DNA of 20,000 nucleotides from an uncultured virus (IMG/VR IMGVR_UViG_3300035670_000196). Its lineage: Duplodnaviria; Heunggongvirae; Uroviricota; Caudoviricetes. Under the pieces are notes generated by a model. That model made no database searches. It saw only the letters and a list, made by a program, of their open reading frames with translations, and was not told the origin of the DNA. Positions 7,746-16,695 of the stretch are shown piece by piece. The stretch's first letter is position 1. Every line of letters starts with the position of its first letter. The stretch lies in the IMG/VR virus record IMGVR_UViG_3300035670_000196, one strand, 5' to 3'. The translations under genes were made by a program, and so were the position numbers.

Positions 7746-8717
7746 ATGAAAATCAACGTAGAAACAGTATCATTCCTAAATGATTTACCCTCATTAGTTG
7801 GGCCATGGGCTCAAGTGACGGGGGACGATTGCCGCCAGGTTATCGATACCTATTTAGAGATGGGTATCTCTGCTGATGAGGCGGCTGCTACTTTTGACGC
7901 TATTGATAAGCTAGAGGGCTTTGTTGCTGCAGCTGCATCGGGAGCCGCACAACCTGATTACTGGTTGTCCGTTCACATTGATGAGAGCGGATTGATTGAC
8001 AAAGCTTTTGGCCCTTGCGTGATGGCTAACGATAATGGGCAGCAAGTGTTAGTGATTGGTCAGACTCAATACCCCATTGCAATCAAAGGGTTATCTGCCA
8101 CTGTCGGAGAGCTAGAAGGCGACATTGAAGTTGCCGAAATCGACGGAGTAGGCGACGATGGCAAGCCGATCAAGTTTTTGGCCGCGTCAATCGACTTTGA
8201 GTTGCTGTCAATTCCAATCATTCTGCAAAAAGTTGGGCTAACTAAGGCTCAGTTTAAAACCGGTCTTAAAGCTGGTCAGGTTGGTCAATACCTAAAAGTT
8301 GCCGGGGCTGGCAACTGGGTATCGATGAACGAGTTAGAGCTAGGCGAATACCTGGTTTCTGGCTTAGTCGAAAACCCTGTACATTCTGAATATGGGCGAT
8401 CTTGGACGATGACCCTGGAGGGCATTGGCGAAGTACGGTCTAAAGGCAAGCGGTTTGAGTCGATCCTAACGATGCGTGCTGGCGTGTTCATGAAGCTGTT
8501 AGCTAACGGTCGACCATTGACCCTTTGTGTCAGCTCTAAAGAGCAGCTAACCCAGGGGATGCGGGTAGATGCTGGCTTTTTCATGCGGGCTCCTAACCCC
8601 GAGAAAATGCCAGTATTAGCATCTGCTGCAAAATCTGCAGCATTGCCTGCACAAGCACAGCCCGCATTAAAGTCTGCTGCACCCGATGACGATGATCAGG
8701 AAGAACTAGAGTTCTAA
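7746..8717 (+). CDS. Hypothetical protein, possibly an ssDNA-binding protein
   Basis: 323 aa from ATG 7746; Ala/Pro linker and acidic C-terminal tail ending in Phe (DDDDQEELEF); directly upstream of the helicase. Confidence 0.6.
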   Translation: MKINVETVSFLNDLPSLVGPWAQVTGDDCRQVIDTYLEMGISADEAAATFDAIDKLEGFVAAAASGAAQPDYWLSVHIDESGLIDKAFGPCVMANDNGQQVLVIGQTQYPIAIKGLSATVGELEGDIEVAEIDGVGDDGKPIKFLAASIDFELLSIPIILQKVGLTKAQFKTGLKAGQVGQYLKVAGAGNWVSMNELELGEYLVSGLVENPVHSEYGRSWTMTLEGIGEVRSKGKRFESILTMRAGVFMKLLANGRPLTLCVSSKEQLTQGMRVDAGFFMRAPNPEKMPVLASAAKSAALPAQAQPALKSAAPDDDDQEELEF

Positions 8718-8776
8718 CCCCCACACGTCACCCCAAACATAAAAAGCCCCCACAAAGCAAAAAAGCCTAGTGGGGG

Positions 8777-10690
8777 TTGTCCGTAGTTAATAGGAACAGG
8801 AGCAAGCCAGTGGTATTAGCTAGCAGCCGAAGATTAGCGGTTGATTCAACGATAGAAGACCAATACAAAATTGTCAAGGCAGCATTACTCGCGATCGCCG
8901 GTGTTTGTGATGGCGCAGCTACCAACGACGGGGCGGGGTTTAACGCCATGGATGCCTATCGTGGGCGGTATTTAGCCGACACTGCCCAATGCGACGAACT
9001 GAGCCCCACCGAACTGTATGAGGCATGGAAGCTATGTCGTAAGTACTGGCGGCAACTGAAAAAATCGGGGATTGTACTGCCGAAGACTTGGCGGAATGAA
9101 TACCGGCTGGAAGGAATGACCGTACACAACTTGAGCAAAGGTAGCAGCTATAACCTCACATGGATCGGGGATGAGGATCTAGCCTGCGAGTGTGAGGCGT
9201 ATAAGGCAGGGCACGAGTGCGGGCACATCAAGTTTGCAATCCCGTTGTTCGATAAGCCTTACGCTGAGTTTGACGATGTAGAGGATGTGATGGAGTCAGC
9301 CCCACCGCCAGCCCCCACGACAACCGATGTAGAACTGCTACCGGGCATCACGGCCACGGCAGATCAGGCTAAGGCGCTGGATGAACTGCTGGGATTTGTC
9401 CAAGACCGCACGGCAACTATTCATTTATTAACGGGCTATTCGGGTACAGGAAAAAGTACCCTAGTGCAAGCCCTTGTCAAGCGACTAAGGGATCAGGGTG
9501 ACCATCGTTCCATCGTGTTCACCGCCCCGACGAACAAGGCCGCTGGGGTGTTACGATCGATGGTCAGTCGATGGGGGTTGGGGATCGATTGCATCACCTG
9601 CGCCAAATTGCTGGGGTTAAGACCGAAAATTGACTTCGAGACGGGGGGGCAAATCTTTGTCAAAGACTATGGACAGGAATCGACAGCTCAAAGCTATGAC
9701 CTGATCGTCGTTGACGAATGCTCGATGGTCAATGTCGATCTTTGCTTTTATCTCACAGAGGAAGCCAACCTAAGGACTCAGCTCCTATTTATGGGTGACC
9801 CAGCCCAGCTGCCCCCCGTCAACGAAGCTATCAGCCCTACCTTTACCGAAGTCGAATCTCAATCCCATTTAGGCGAGGTCAAACGGTACAGCGGCCCTAT
9901 CGCTGTCCTTGCTGACGACATCCGCCGTAACCTAAAGCGAAAAGGGGAGCCCCTATGGGAATCGGATCACACCCCCGCCAAAACCTCTGGGGTATGGGTG
10001 ATGGATGATAAGCAATGGAACGCTGCACTAATTAAGGCGTTCCGTAGCGATGCGTATAAGGCAAACCCCGACTATGTAAGGGCTCTAGCCTGGACAAATC
10101 GCCGTGTTGATGGGCTAAACCGATCGGTGCGGGCTGCAGTCGTTGGAGCCAAGGCACCTCGATTCGTTAGGGGGGAGCGGCTAATTGCAAACGACCCTTA
10201 TTTCATTGAGGGCGAGGGCGATCGCAAAATTGCTGTGTTCCAATCCTCGGACGAAATGGAGATCCTATACGAGCCAACCGAAGGCAAGATCGGAGATTGG
10301 GCGGTATGGTTCTTGTCCGTGCTGGTATTTAGCTCGGGTGAGCAAACGACGATCCCTGTACTGCACGAGTCATCGGTTAAGGAATTTAAGGCGGCACAAG
10401 CCGAACTCGCTAAGCGGGCTAAGGACGGCGAAAAGCAGCTGTGGCAAACATGGCATGATAACAACGGCATGTTTGCTAATGTCACATACGCCTATGCCAT
10501 CACCGTTCACAAAAGCCAAGGCTCGACCTTTGACAACGTGTTTGTCGACATTGGCGACATTCGCGCTAATAAAACCGTAAACCAGATCGAGATTCCCGGC
10601 ATCCCTGGACTGCAATCCGTTTACGAGCGGAATCAACTGCAGTACGTCGCTTGCACTAGGGCGGCACAGCGACTATTTATTCTGGATTAA
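8777..10690 (+). CDS. SF1B (Dda/RecD-like) DNA helicase with N-terminal DGxGFN domain and SWIM zinc finger
   Basis: Walker A GYSGTGKS, TAPTNKAA, VVDECSM, GDPAQLPPV, YAITVHKSQGSTF, YVACTRA; SWIM CECEAYKAGHECGH. The true start may be GTG 8810 (AGGAG RBS). Confidence 0.92.
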   Translation: MSVVNRNRSKPVVLASSRRLAVDSTIEDQYKIVKAALLAIAGVCDGAATNDGAGFNAMDAYRGRYLADTAQCDELSPTELYEAWKLCRKYWRQLKKSGIVLPKTWRNEYRLEGMTVHNLSKGSSYNLTWIGDEDLACECEAYKAGHECGHIKFAIPLFDKPYAEFDDVEDVMESAPPPAPTTTDVELLPGITATADQAKALDELLGFVQDRTATIHLLTGYSGTGKSTLVQALVKRLRDQGDHRSIVFTAPTNKAAGVLRSMVSRWGLGIDCITCAKLLGLRPKIDFETGGQIFVKDYGQESTAQSYDLIVVDECSMVNVDLCFYLTEEANLRTQLLFMGDPAQLPPVNEAISPTFTEVESQSHLGEVKRYSGPIAVLADDIRRNLKRKGEPLWESDHTPAKTSGVWVMDDKQWNAALIKAFRSDAYKANPDYVRALAWTNRRVDGLNRSVRAAVVGAKAPRFVRGERLIANDPYFIEGEGDRKIAVFQSSDEMEILYEPTEGKIGDWAVWFLSVLVFSSGEQTTIPVLHESSVKEFKAAQAELAKRAKDGEKQLWQTWHDNNGMFANVTYAYAITVHKSQGSTFDNVFVDIGDIRANKTVNQIEIPGIPGLQSVYERNQLQYVACTRAAQRLFILD

Positions 10691-10695
10691 AAAAA

Positions 10696-10758
10696 GTGTC
10701 ACACTATCCCACACAAATTCTATTTTGTGTGGGATAGTGAAAAGGTAGCTAAGAGAGT
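10696..10758 (+). promoter_or_regulatory. Repeated promoter/operator motif, copy D (contains a perfect 16-bp inverted repeat)
   Basis: GTGTCACA followed by CACTATCCCACACAAA-N6-TTTGTGTGGGATAGTG (10702-10739) and AAAAGGTAGCTAAGAGAG before the MTase ATG. Confidence 0.8.
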
Positions 10759-10761
10759 GAC

Positions 10762-11412
10762 ATGAAACTACTTGATTTATTTTGTGGTGCTGGTGGTGCC
10801 GCCGAGGGGTACCGTCGATCAGGGTTTGACGTCACCGGCGTAGATATTTCGCCGCAACCACGCTACCCGTTCATTTTTCATCAATGCGATTGGCGCGAGT
10901 ACTTTGATCAGCATTGGTACGAGTACGACGTAATTCACGCATCCCCCCCGTGTCAGGGATACAGCGTATCCCGGCATATCCACAAAGGCTCTAAAGCCCC
11001 GTTGCTGATCGACACTGTTCGAGAAGCGCTAAAAGCCACCGACAAGCCATATATAATCGAAAATGTGGCAGGGGCTAGAAAACACATGATTGCGCCAATC
11101 ACCTTGCGCGGCAATATGTTTGGGCTTCGAGTAATTCGGGATAGATTGTTTGAAAGCAACATTTTGCTGCTGGCACCCAAATTAATTCCCGCTAAGGGCG
11201 GGACTAACAGTCATCGCGGCATGAGTACCGGAGGCGAATATATCTGTGTTGCAGGGAATAATTTTTATGTTGAGGAAGCAAAAGCGGCGATGGGTATCGA
11301 TTGGATGATCGGCAAAGAACTGGCTCAAGCCATTCCTCCCGCGTACACCGAATGGATCGGCAGTCAGGTGAAAAATCAACTCCGCATTAAAGCTGCTGTG
11401 CCAATAAAATAA
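10762..11412 (+). CDS. Orphan C5 cytosine DNA methyltransferase (short phage/plasmid type)
   Basis: Motif I LDLFCGAGG, motif IV ASPPCQ, motif VI IENV, C-terminal AQAIPPAYT. Confidence 0.92.
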   Translation: MKLLDLFCGAGGAAEGYRRSGFDVTGVDISPQPRYPFIFHQCDWREYFDQHWYEYDVIHASPPCQGYSVSRHIHKGSKAPLLIDTVREALKATDKPYIIENVAGARKHMIAPITLRGNMFGLRVIRDRLFESNILLLAPKLIPAKGGTNSHRGMSTGGEYICVAGNNFYVEEAKAAMGIDWMIGKELAQAIPPAYTEWIGSQVKNQLRIKAAVPIK

Positions 11413-11476
11413 AGTGTCACACTATTGCATGCAAATTATAATTTGTGTGGGATAGTGAAAATGTAGTCAAGAGAGA
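11397..11476 (+). promoter_or_regulatory. Repeated promoter/operator motif, copy E
   Basis: TGTGCCAATAAAATAAAGTGTCACA...TTTGTGTGGGATAGTGAAAATGTAGTCAAGAGAG before the ATG at 11485. Confidence 0.8.
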
Positions 11477-11484
11477 CAAAACAC

Positions 11485-11754
11485 ATGAACGCTGATAACA
11501 CTGCCGGAGCTGCTATTGCCAAGACCACGGCACAAACCATGGCTGACAAGCTACAGGGCTATGAATCCTGCTTATTTGATGGGTTGTGGCCATTTGCAGC
11601 TGAAGCCCTAGACCCCTATTTCCCAGAACTCGATAGGGAGCAGCTTCAGGCACTGGCAAAGATTACCGCTAGCGGCATCATTCAAAGCCTGCCCGATACT
11701 TTTGTACTGTGCGGGCTTGGCCGGTATCGCTATGGGCAAGCGTTGCCTGAATAA
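11485..11754 (+). CDS. Hypothetical protein
   Basis: 89-aa ORF bracketed by promoter copy E and a terminator. Confidence 0.75.
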   Translation: MNADNTAGAAIAKTTAQTMADKLQGYESCLFDGLWPFAAEALDPYFPELDREQLQALAKITASGIIQSLPDTFVLCGLGRYRYGQALPE

Positions 11755-11765
11755 ATGCAAGTCAC

Positions 11766-11812
11766 CAACACAAAAGCCCCCGCTGATTGTGCAGTCGGGG
11801 GCTTTTGTGTTG
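11766..11812 (+). terminator. Intrinsic terminator
   Basis: CAACACAAAAGCCCCC-loop-GGGGGCTTTTGTGTTG, a 16-bp stem. Confidence 0.85.
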
Positions 11813-12069
11813 CTACCGAAAATCAGTACAGAAATACGGTTTCGAATTCAGGGCCCATGGGCTAAAATCGAAAAACCACGATTCTATTAGCCCATTAATG
11901 CACCCTTTGAGACAAAGAACATGACCCTAAAAAAAATATTCCCCCAGGGCGTTGGCGCGCCACTGAGGGGAAAAACAAACCAAAGAGAAAAAAGTTATAT
12001 ACACAATAGCCTGCCGTTTGCAAAATTGCAAGTAAACGCGCAGAAAAATATCCAAGGTGGTGACGAACT

Positions 12070-15000
12070 ATGATTTCTGCAAGTCTCCACGTGGATCAAA
12101 GCGTATTTAGCGGAAAGTTTGATTACAATGCGCAGTGCCCGGTTTGTGATAAAAAGGGCTGCTCAGTCCGGGAAGGCGGCGGCGTCCATTGCACGACACA
12201 CCGCAGCGGCAATAAGGGCGAAACCCTAAACGGGTATGAGTTTGTAGGGGAAGATCGCAGCGGGTTAGGACTGTGGCGGCCCTATGTCGAAAAAGGTAAT
12301 CGCCAAACATCGACATACCGGCTGCAGACGACGGCAAGGACGCTAGAACCAGTCGCACAAATAGACTTAGCCAAACGGGATAGCCAGTTGCGGGCATGGG
12401 CTGAGGAATCGCCTATTACTGGCGAGCAACGACTATTCCTGAAAAACCGAGGGGTTAGCCGGGAGCAGGTGATGCAAGCGGCCAACGACGAAGCTATTTT
12501 TTGGAATATCCAATACGGGGAAGACGGATTTGACAGCACAGGGCTACCCGGTAACTGGACTGAGGACGGCAAATATCAAGGCGTAGAGGGCCTTGCCATC
12601 GCTTGCCGCCAGCGACTAGAACCTAATGGCCCATGGCATATCCTCGGTGCTCAGATCCGCCCCAGCAAGATCAGAGATGGCGGAGGTAAATACTTATGGC
12701 TCAGCAGAGAGGAAGCTTCAGCACGGATCAGCCAATGGGGCGAGTTACCGATCACCGTCCATGAAACCACCGGCACAACGGGGCACTTGACTCTATGCGA
12801 GGGAACGCTCAAACCGTGGCTAATTGCCCAGAGAGCCGACATCCATAGCATTGACTTAGGCGTAGCGATCGTTGGCTGTGCTGGTTCGGCGTGGGCATCA
12901 ACATCATGGACTCAGATCGAGCATCAATGCACTAAAGTGTACGGGGTAAAAGATATTCACTTAGCCCTTGACGCTGGCGCGGTTCAAAACCGTAACGTTT
13001 GGGGTGGAGTCAGACAGCTGGCCCAACGATGCAAAAGAGCAGGCTTAACTTTAAAAATAATCTGGTATGGCCAACTCGAAAAAACTAACGGTGACCTTGA
13101 CGAACTGACGGAAGTCACTCCATACCAGTTGCTAACCGTTAACGAAGTCGAGGCCCAATTCTGCCAGCCTGACGTAATCCCGGCGTCAGCGCTGCTACTC
13201 AAGCCGTCACCTGGGTTTGTCGACGATTACGGGTATCTGCCCGATCACGCTGACATCCTATTACCGGCGATCTCAAAAACGCGATTGACAGCCATCCGCG
13301 CTAACAAAGGGACTGGAAAAACCCAGCTAATTAAAAAACTGGTAACTCAAGCTATCGAGCGAAAACAGCGTGCAATTATCTTCACCCACCGCCTCGCTCT
13401 TGGCGCTGCCCAAGGTGCACTGCTGGGCCTGCCCGTCAAAACTGAGGTCAGAGAATACGGACGGGGCGAAGGGTTTGTTATTACCGTTGACTCCGCTCAC
13501 CCTGGCTCTGGGATGCGGTACAGCGCTGACCATGACCTACAACACGATGGGGGGGGCACTTTAGTCATCATTGACGAGTGCGATCAGGTTTTCGATCACA
13601 TCGCCCACGGCAAGACAGAAATTAAGCGGCACCGCCAAGCCGTGATTGACGAAATCAGCGAAACCCTAGCAGGTGCCCGCAACGTTGTCCTGCTCAGTGC
13701 CGACATTACCGACTGTCACGTTGCCCTAACTCAACAGGCAATGGGCATCACCGACTCGCTAAACATCGTCAATACCACTACACGTAAACTAGGCAATGTA
13801 ACGGTTCATACAAACCCGTTCTCCGTACGATTTGAAGCCGAGCAAGCACTAGAACGGAATGAACGCATTCTAATAAAAGTCAGCGGCCAAAAATCAGACT
13901 CAAATCACGGTACGTCTGCACTGCATGCTTACCTGAAAGCATTATACCCAGAGAAGAAGGGTGTCATTTTTGACGGAAACACACTTAAAGATCCGTCTAA
14001 TCCTGACACTTTTATTAATGGTATAAATGTACTGCAGTGGCTCAGCCATCCTGATCCCGAAGAAAGGCTACGGCGACAAGAGGAGTATTTTGCTCAGTAC
14101 GATTGGGTGATTTTTAACAACGCTTGTGGTACCGGAGTATCGTTTGAGACCCCCCTATTCCACGGTTTTTATCAGATCGAAACTGGGGTAGGGTCAATCC
14201 GTGACGCGGCCCAGGCGACGGCAAGGCTAAGACCTCATTTTTACGAAGACGCCGAGGGTAACCGTCAGCCGCTTCAGCGCCACATCTACTGTGCCCCGAT
14301 TGGCCTTCCTCAGCTGCGATACGGCAATGGGGCGACGGCTCCCAATAAACTTGCAGCGGGCGAAGATAAGGCATGGGAAAAGCTCGTAAGCCAAATACAG
14401 CAAGTCGGGGGGGCTGATTGGTTGCCATCTTCACCGCTCGAATACTCGTCACCACGGGCTCAAGCGTGGTTGGGGTATGCCATTAACCGGGCTGCTGAAT
14501 TTAACGCTGAATCGCTCAACTATGCCCAGGAATTTTGGAAGCAATTACAAGTCGAGGGCTACAGCCTCGGCGACTATAACGGCGATTGGAATCAGATAGG
14601 CGACAGTGAGCAGAAGGCCTATAAAGCCGGGTGCACATCGGCAAGGGATCTGCTACACAGCAAGGCATTAGAACAGATAGCTGCTGAGCCCATGGATGGG
14701 GCAGATGTGGCGAAACTAGCCCAGCAACGGGAGTTGACCCCAAAGGAGCATAGGCAGCTAAAAAAGGGCCGAACCATGGAACGATACGGTCTCGACGAAG
14801 AGACCGTAGATGTCGCCGTCCTTGACGCTGAGCACAACGGCATTTATCACAAACTGATGCTGCGATACCTAGCTGAACAGCCCAAAGCCGTGGCTCAGGA
14901 ACGCGATAAGGTGACAGCATGGCATGAACTAAACGAAGGGTCTCCTTGGGGGCGTGATCTTGCCAAGCGGGCTTATTCACCGAGACTGGCTCTCCTAAGA

Positions 15001-15951
15001 GAACTAGGGGCGATTGCCTTACTAGAATCGGCTAAGAACGGAGAAAAACTTTACAGTGCCCACCCTGATGTTTTGGCGGTAGCAGCTGCAGCCTTGAAGC
15101 GACGGGACGATGTTAAAGACATCCTAGGGCTGACGGTTGGGGTTGAGTCTTATAACAAACGAACGGCTCAAATGGAAATCAAGGTTGATCGCCCGATCGT
15201 AGTCGCTCAGAATTTATTTGAGTTGTTAGGGTACGGACTGTCCCGAATTAAAGAACGGGTTCGGAATGAGCAAGGTAAGCGGCATTGGCAGTTTGAGCTG
15301 ACCGATAGCAAACCGGCGGCGATTGACTGGGTAAAATTCGGGGAAATTCAGGAGAAAATTATGAAAGAACGGGCTGAAAAAGTGGATGGATCACCGGTCA
15401 ATTTAGTGCTGAGAGAGGCCAAAAATGACCCGCTGCCTACTAACAGTGAAAATGAGCTAGAACCTAATGATGACAAGGGTTTCGATGAAAAACAGGCCGG
15501 GACACTAACCTCCATAGATCTAATAGAAACCGAGTTAGTAGGCAGTAAAAATGGCGATACCCGCATCCCTGATTCTGGGGGGGCTGCTGCTGGGGCTGAT
15601 CTGAGGGTCGGTGACCGGGTGATTTACACGGGTGAGGCTCCAAATAGTGCTAGATCTGCCATTCTCCGAGCCATAATGCAGCCGTTACCAGGGGTGATTG
15701 TCTACCAGTTATCGGCTACCGAGGACGGGGCTGCGTGGGGAGCGAGACAGCATGAGGTGTTACTGGTGGATACTGACGAACCATTGGCAATACAGGTGAT
15801 GCGGATGATGCAAGCGGTACGGACGCCCGACGACTGGTCTAAGCTTGGCCGTCAGTACGATGCTGAGACATGGCAAGCTGCTTGGTCTGAGCTAATTGTG
15901 GAGGATGAACAAAAGGCTTTGTTTATCCAGCAAATGATGATGGCGGCTTGA
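12070..15951 (+). CDS. Large replication protein (CyRepA1-like: Zn finger + TOPRIM/DUF3854-like primase + SF2-like origin-binding helicase)
   Basis: N-terminal CPVCDKKGC...VHC; GAQIRP, GKYLWLS, LCEGTLKP, LALDAG, GDLDE (TOPRIM-like); ANKGTGKT, THRLALG, IIDECDQ, LLSADI, GTGVSF, QATARLR (helicase motifs). Confidence 0.85.
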   Translation: MISASLHVDQSVFSGKFDYNAQCPVCDKKGCSVREGGGVHCTTHRSGNKGETLNGYEFVGEDRSGLGLWRPYVEKGNRQTSTYRLQTTARTLEPVAQIDLAKRDSQLRAWAEESPITGEQRLFLKNRGVSREQVMQAANDEAIFWNIQYGEDGFDSTGLPGNWTEDGKYQGVEGLAIACRQRLEPNGPWHILGAQIRPSKIRDGGGKYLWLSREEASARISQWGELPITVHETTGTTGHLTLCEGTLKPWLIAQRADIHSIDLGVAIVGCAGSAWASTSWTQIEHQCTKVYGVKDIHLALDAGAVQNRNVWGGVRQLAQRCKRAGLTLKIIWYGQLEKTNGDLDELTEVTPYQLLTVNEVEAQFCQPDVIPASALLLKPSPGFVDDYGYLPDHADILLPAISKTRLTAIRANKGTGKTQLIKKLVTQAIERKQRAIIFTHRLALGAAQGALLGLPVKTEVREYGRGEGFVITVDSAHPGSGMRYSADHDLQHDGGGTLVIIDECDQVFDHIAHGKTEIKRHRQAVIDEISETLAGARNVVLLSADITDCHVALTQQAMGITDSLNIVNTTTRKLGNVTVHTNPFSVRFEAEQALERNERILIKVSGQKSDSNHGTSALHAYLKALYPEKKGVIFDGNTLKDPSNPDTFINGINVLQWLSHPDPEERLRRQEEYFAQYDWVIFNNACGTGVSFETPLFHGFYQIETGVGSIRDAAQATARLRPHFYEDAEGNRQPLQRHIYCAPIGLPQLRYGNGATAPNKLAAGEDKAWEKLVSQIQQVGGADWLPSSPLEYSSPRAQAWLGYAINRAAEFNAESLNYAQEFWKQLQVEGYSLGDYNGDWNQIGDSEQKAYKAGCTSARDLLHSKALEQIAAEPMDGADVAKLAQQRELTPKEHRQLKKGRTMERYGLDEETVDVAVLDAEHNGIYHKLMLRYLAEQPKAVAQERDKVTAWHELNEGSPWGRDLAKRAYSPRLALLRELGAIALLESAKNGEKLYSAHPDVLAVAAAALKRRDDVKDILGLTVGVESYNKRTAQMEIKVDRPIVVAQNLFELLGYGLSRIKERVRNEQGKRHWQFELTDSKPAAIDWVKFGEIQEKIMKERAEKVDGSPVNLVLREAKNDPLPTNSENELEPNDDKGFDEKQAGTLTSIDLIETELVGSKNGDTRIPDSGGAAAGADLRVGDRVIYTGEAPNSARSAILRAIMQPLPGVIVYQLSATEDGAAWGARQHEVLLVDTDEPLAIQVMRMMQAVRTPDDWSKLGRQYDAETWQAAWSELIVEDEQKALFIQQMMMAA

Positions 15952-15957
15952 TAAAAT
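15949..15957 (+). promoter_or_regulatory. Putative extended -10 promoter for the tRNA-csf transcript
   Basis: TGATAAAAT overlapping the rep stop codon, about 60 nt upstream of the tRNA. Confidence 0.45.
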
Positions 15958-16016
15958 ATAGGGGTTGTTTATCAGGAGACTTCTGCTCTCACTACCGCCC
16001 CACTGCGGGGTTTCTT

Positions 16017-16089
16017 CCGGGTCTGGCCGAGCGGAAAGGCAGCAAACTCATAATTTGCCATTAGGCAGGTTCGACTCCTGCGATCCGGA
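16017..16089 (+). tRNA. tRNA with CAU anticodon (probably tRNA-Ile2; Met possible), CCA not encoded
   Basis: Acceptor CCGGGTC/GATCCGG plus discriminator A; D arm GCC-GAGCGGAAA-GGC; anticodon arm GCAAA-CTCATAA-TTTGC (CAT at 16049-16051); T arm GCAGG-TTCGACT-CCTGC. It resembles cyanobacterial Ile2(CAU) and lacks the initiator GGG/CCC anticodon stem. Confidence 0.9.
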
Positions 16090-16146
16090 TTGCTTTGTAA
16101 CCAATGCTTTTTGTGTAAAAATAAAAAAACTCCTATGGAGATCGGA

Positions 16147-16695
16147 ATGTTATACGGAATACGTGGATGTACAGATCCAGCGACGGCTTATATTAGTTCG
16201 TTGACTTATTGGGTTTTTTCGTGCAGAGATCGCAACAAGACTCCGGCGCAGGGGCTTGAAAAATGGAGCTATCTTGGCTCCGCAATTCAGCAAGCTGCGG
16301 TGACGGCGCAATCGATCGAGCAGTATCAGGCGAATTTGGCCGATCGACTAAAGGCGAAATCTCCGGTATTGAGCCGTTACGCAAAAATGCTGGTGCATGA
16401 AGAAAACCAGCGAGTGATTTTGTTTGGAACTAAAACAGAAGCTGGTTTAACTGATTTACAAGAATTTAGCAGTCACCAAGCATTACCAATTTATGCTAGT
16501 CCCGCTGATGTTTTGCAGGATTTGCTAGCGCAAGGGATACGCGAGTCAGAAATCTTGAAGATTGCCAAACCCACACGATTGGGCGGCAAGCCTTTTGTTG
16601 TGCAAATGTACTGCCAAGTGGCAGATCAGGTGTTTGGGTGGCAACCGCCCGCTGAGGAAGATGAAACGATCGATATCGAAGTGGGGGTCGCCTAA
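16147..16695 (+). CDS. Putative type IV-B small subunit (Cas11-like), helical protein
   Basis: GGAG RBS before ATG 16147; TAATG overlap with csf2; predicted helical content; position matches IV-B operons. No diagnostic motif recognised. Confidence 0.55.
   Translation: MLYGIRGCTDPATAYISSLTYWVFSCRDRNKTPAQGLEKWSYLGSAIQQAAVTAQSIEQYQANLADRLKAKSPVLSRYAKMLVHEENQRVILFGTKTEAGLTDLQEFSSHQALPIYASPADVLQDLLAQGIRESEILKIAKPTRLGGKPFVVQMYCQVADQVFGWQPPAEEDETIDIEVGVA

Noticed and set aside
10762..11412. Restriction-modification system
   Set aside because: No adjacent ORF is recognisable as a restriction endonuclease; treated as an orphan MTase.
15952..16146. Possible CRISPR array or mini-array upstream of the csf operon
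   Set aside because: No direct repeats with spacers; the structure is explained by a tRNA and two short leader hairpins.
15965..16204. 79-aa ORF in the ORF track
   Set aside because: It overlaps the tRNA and the cas11-like start and is probably spurious, as are the short antisense ORFs inside rep, helicase, tnpA and tnpB.
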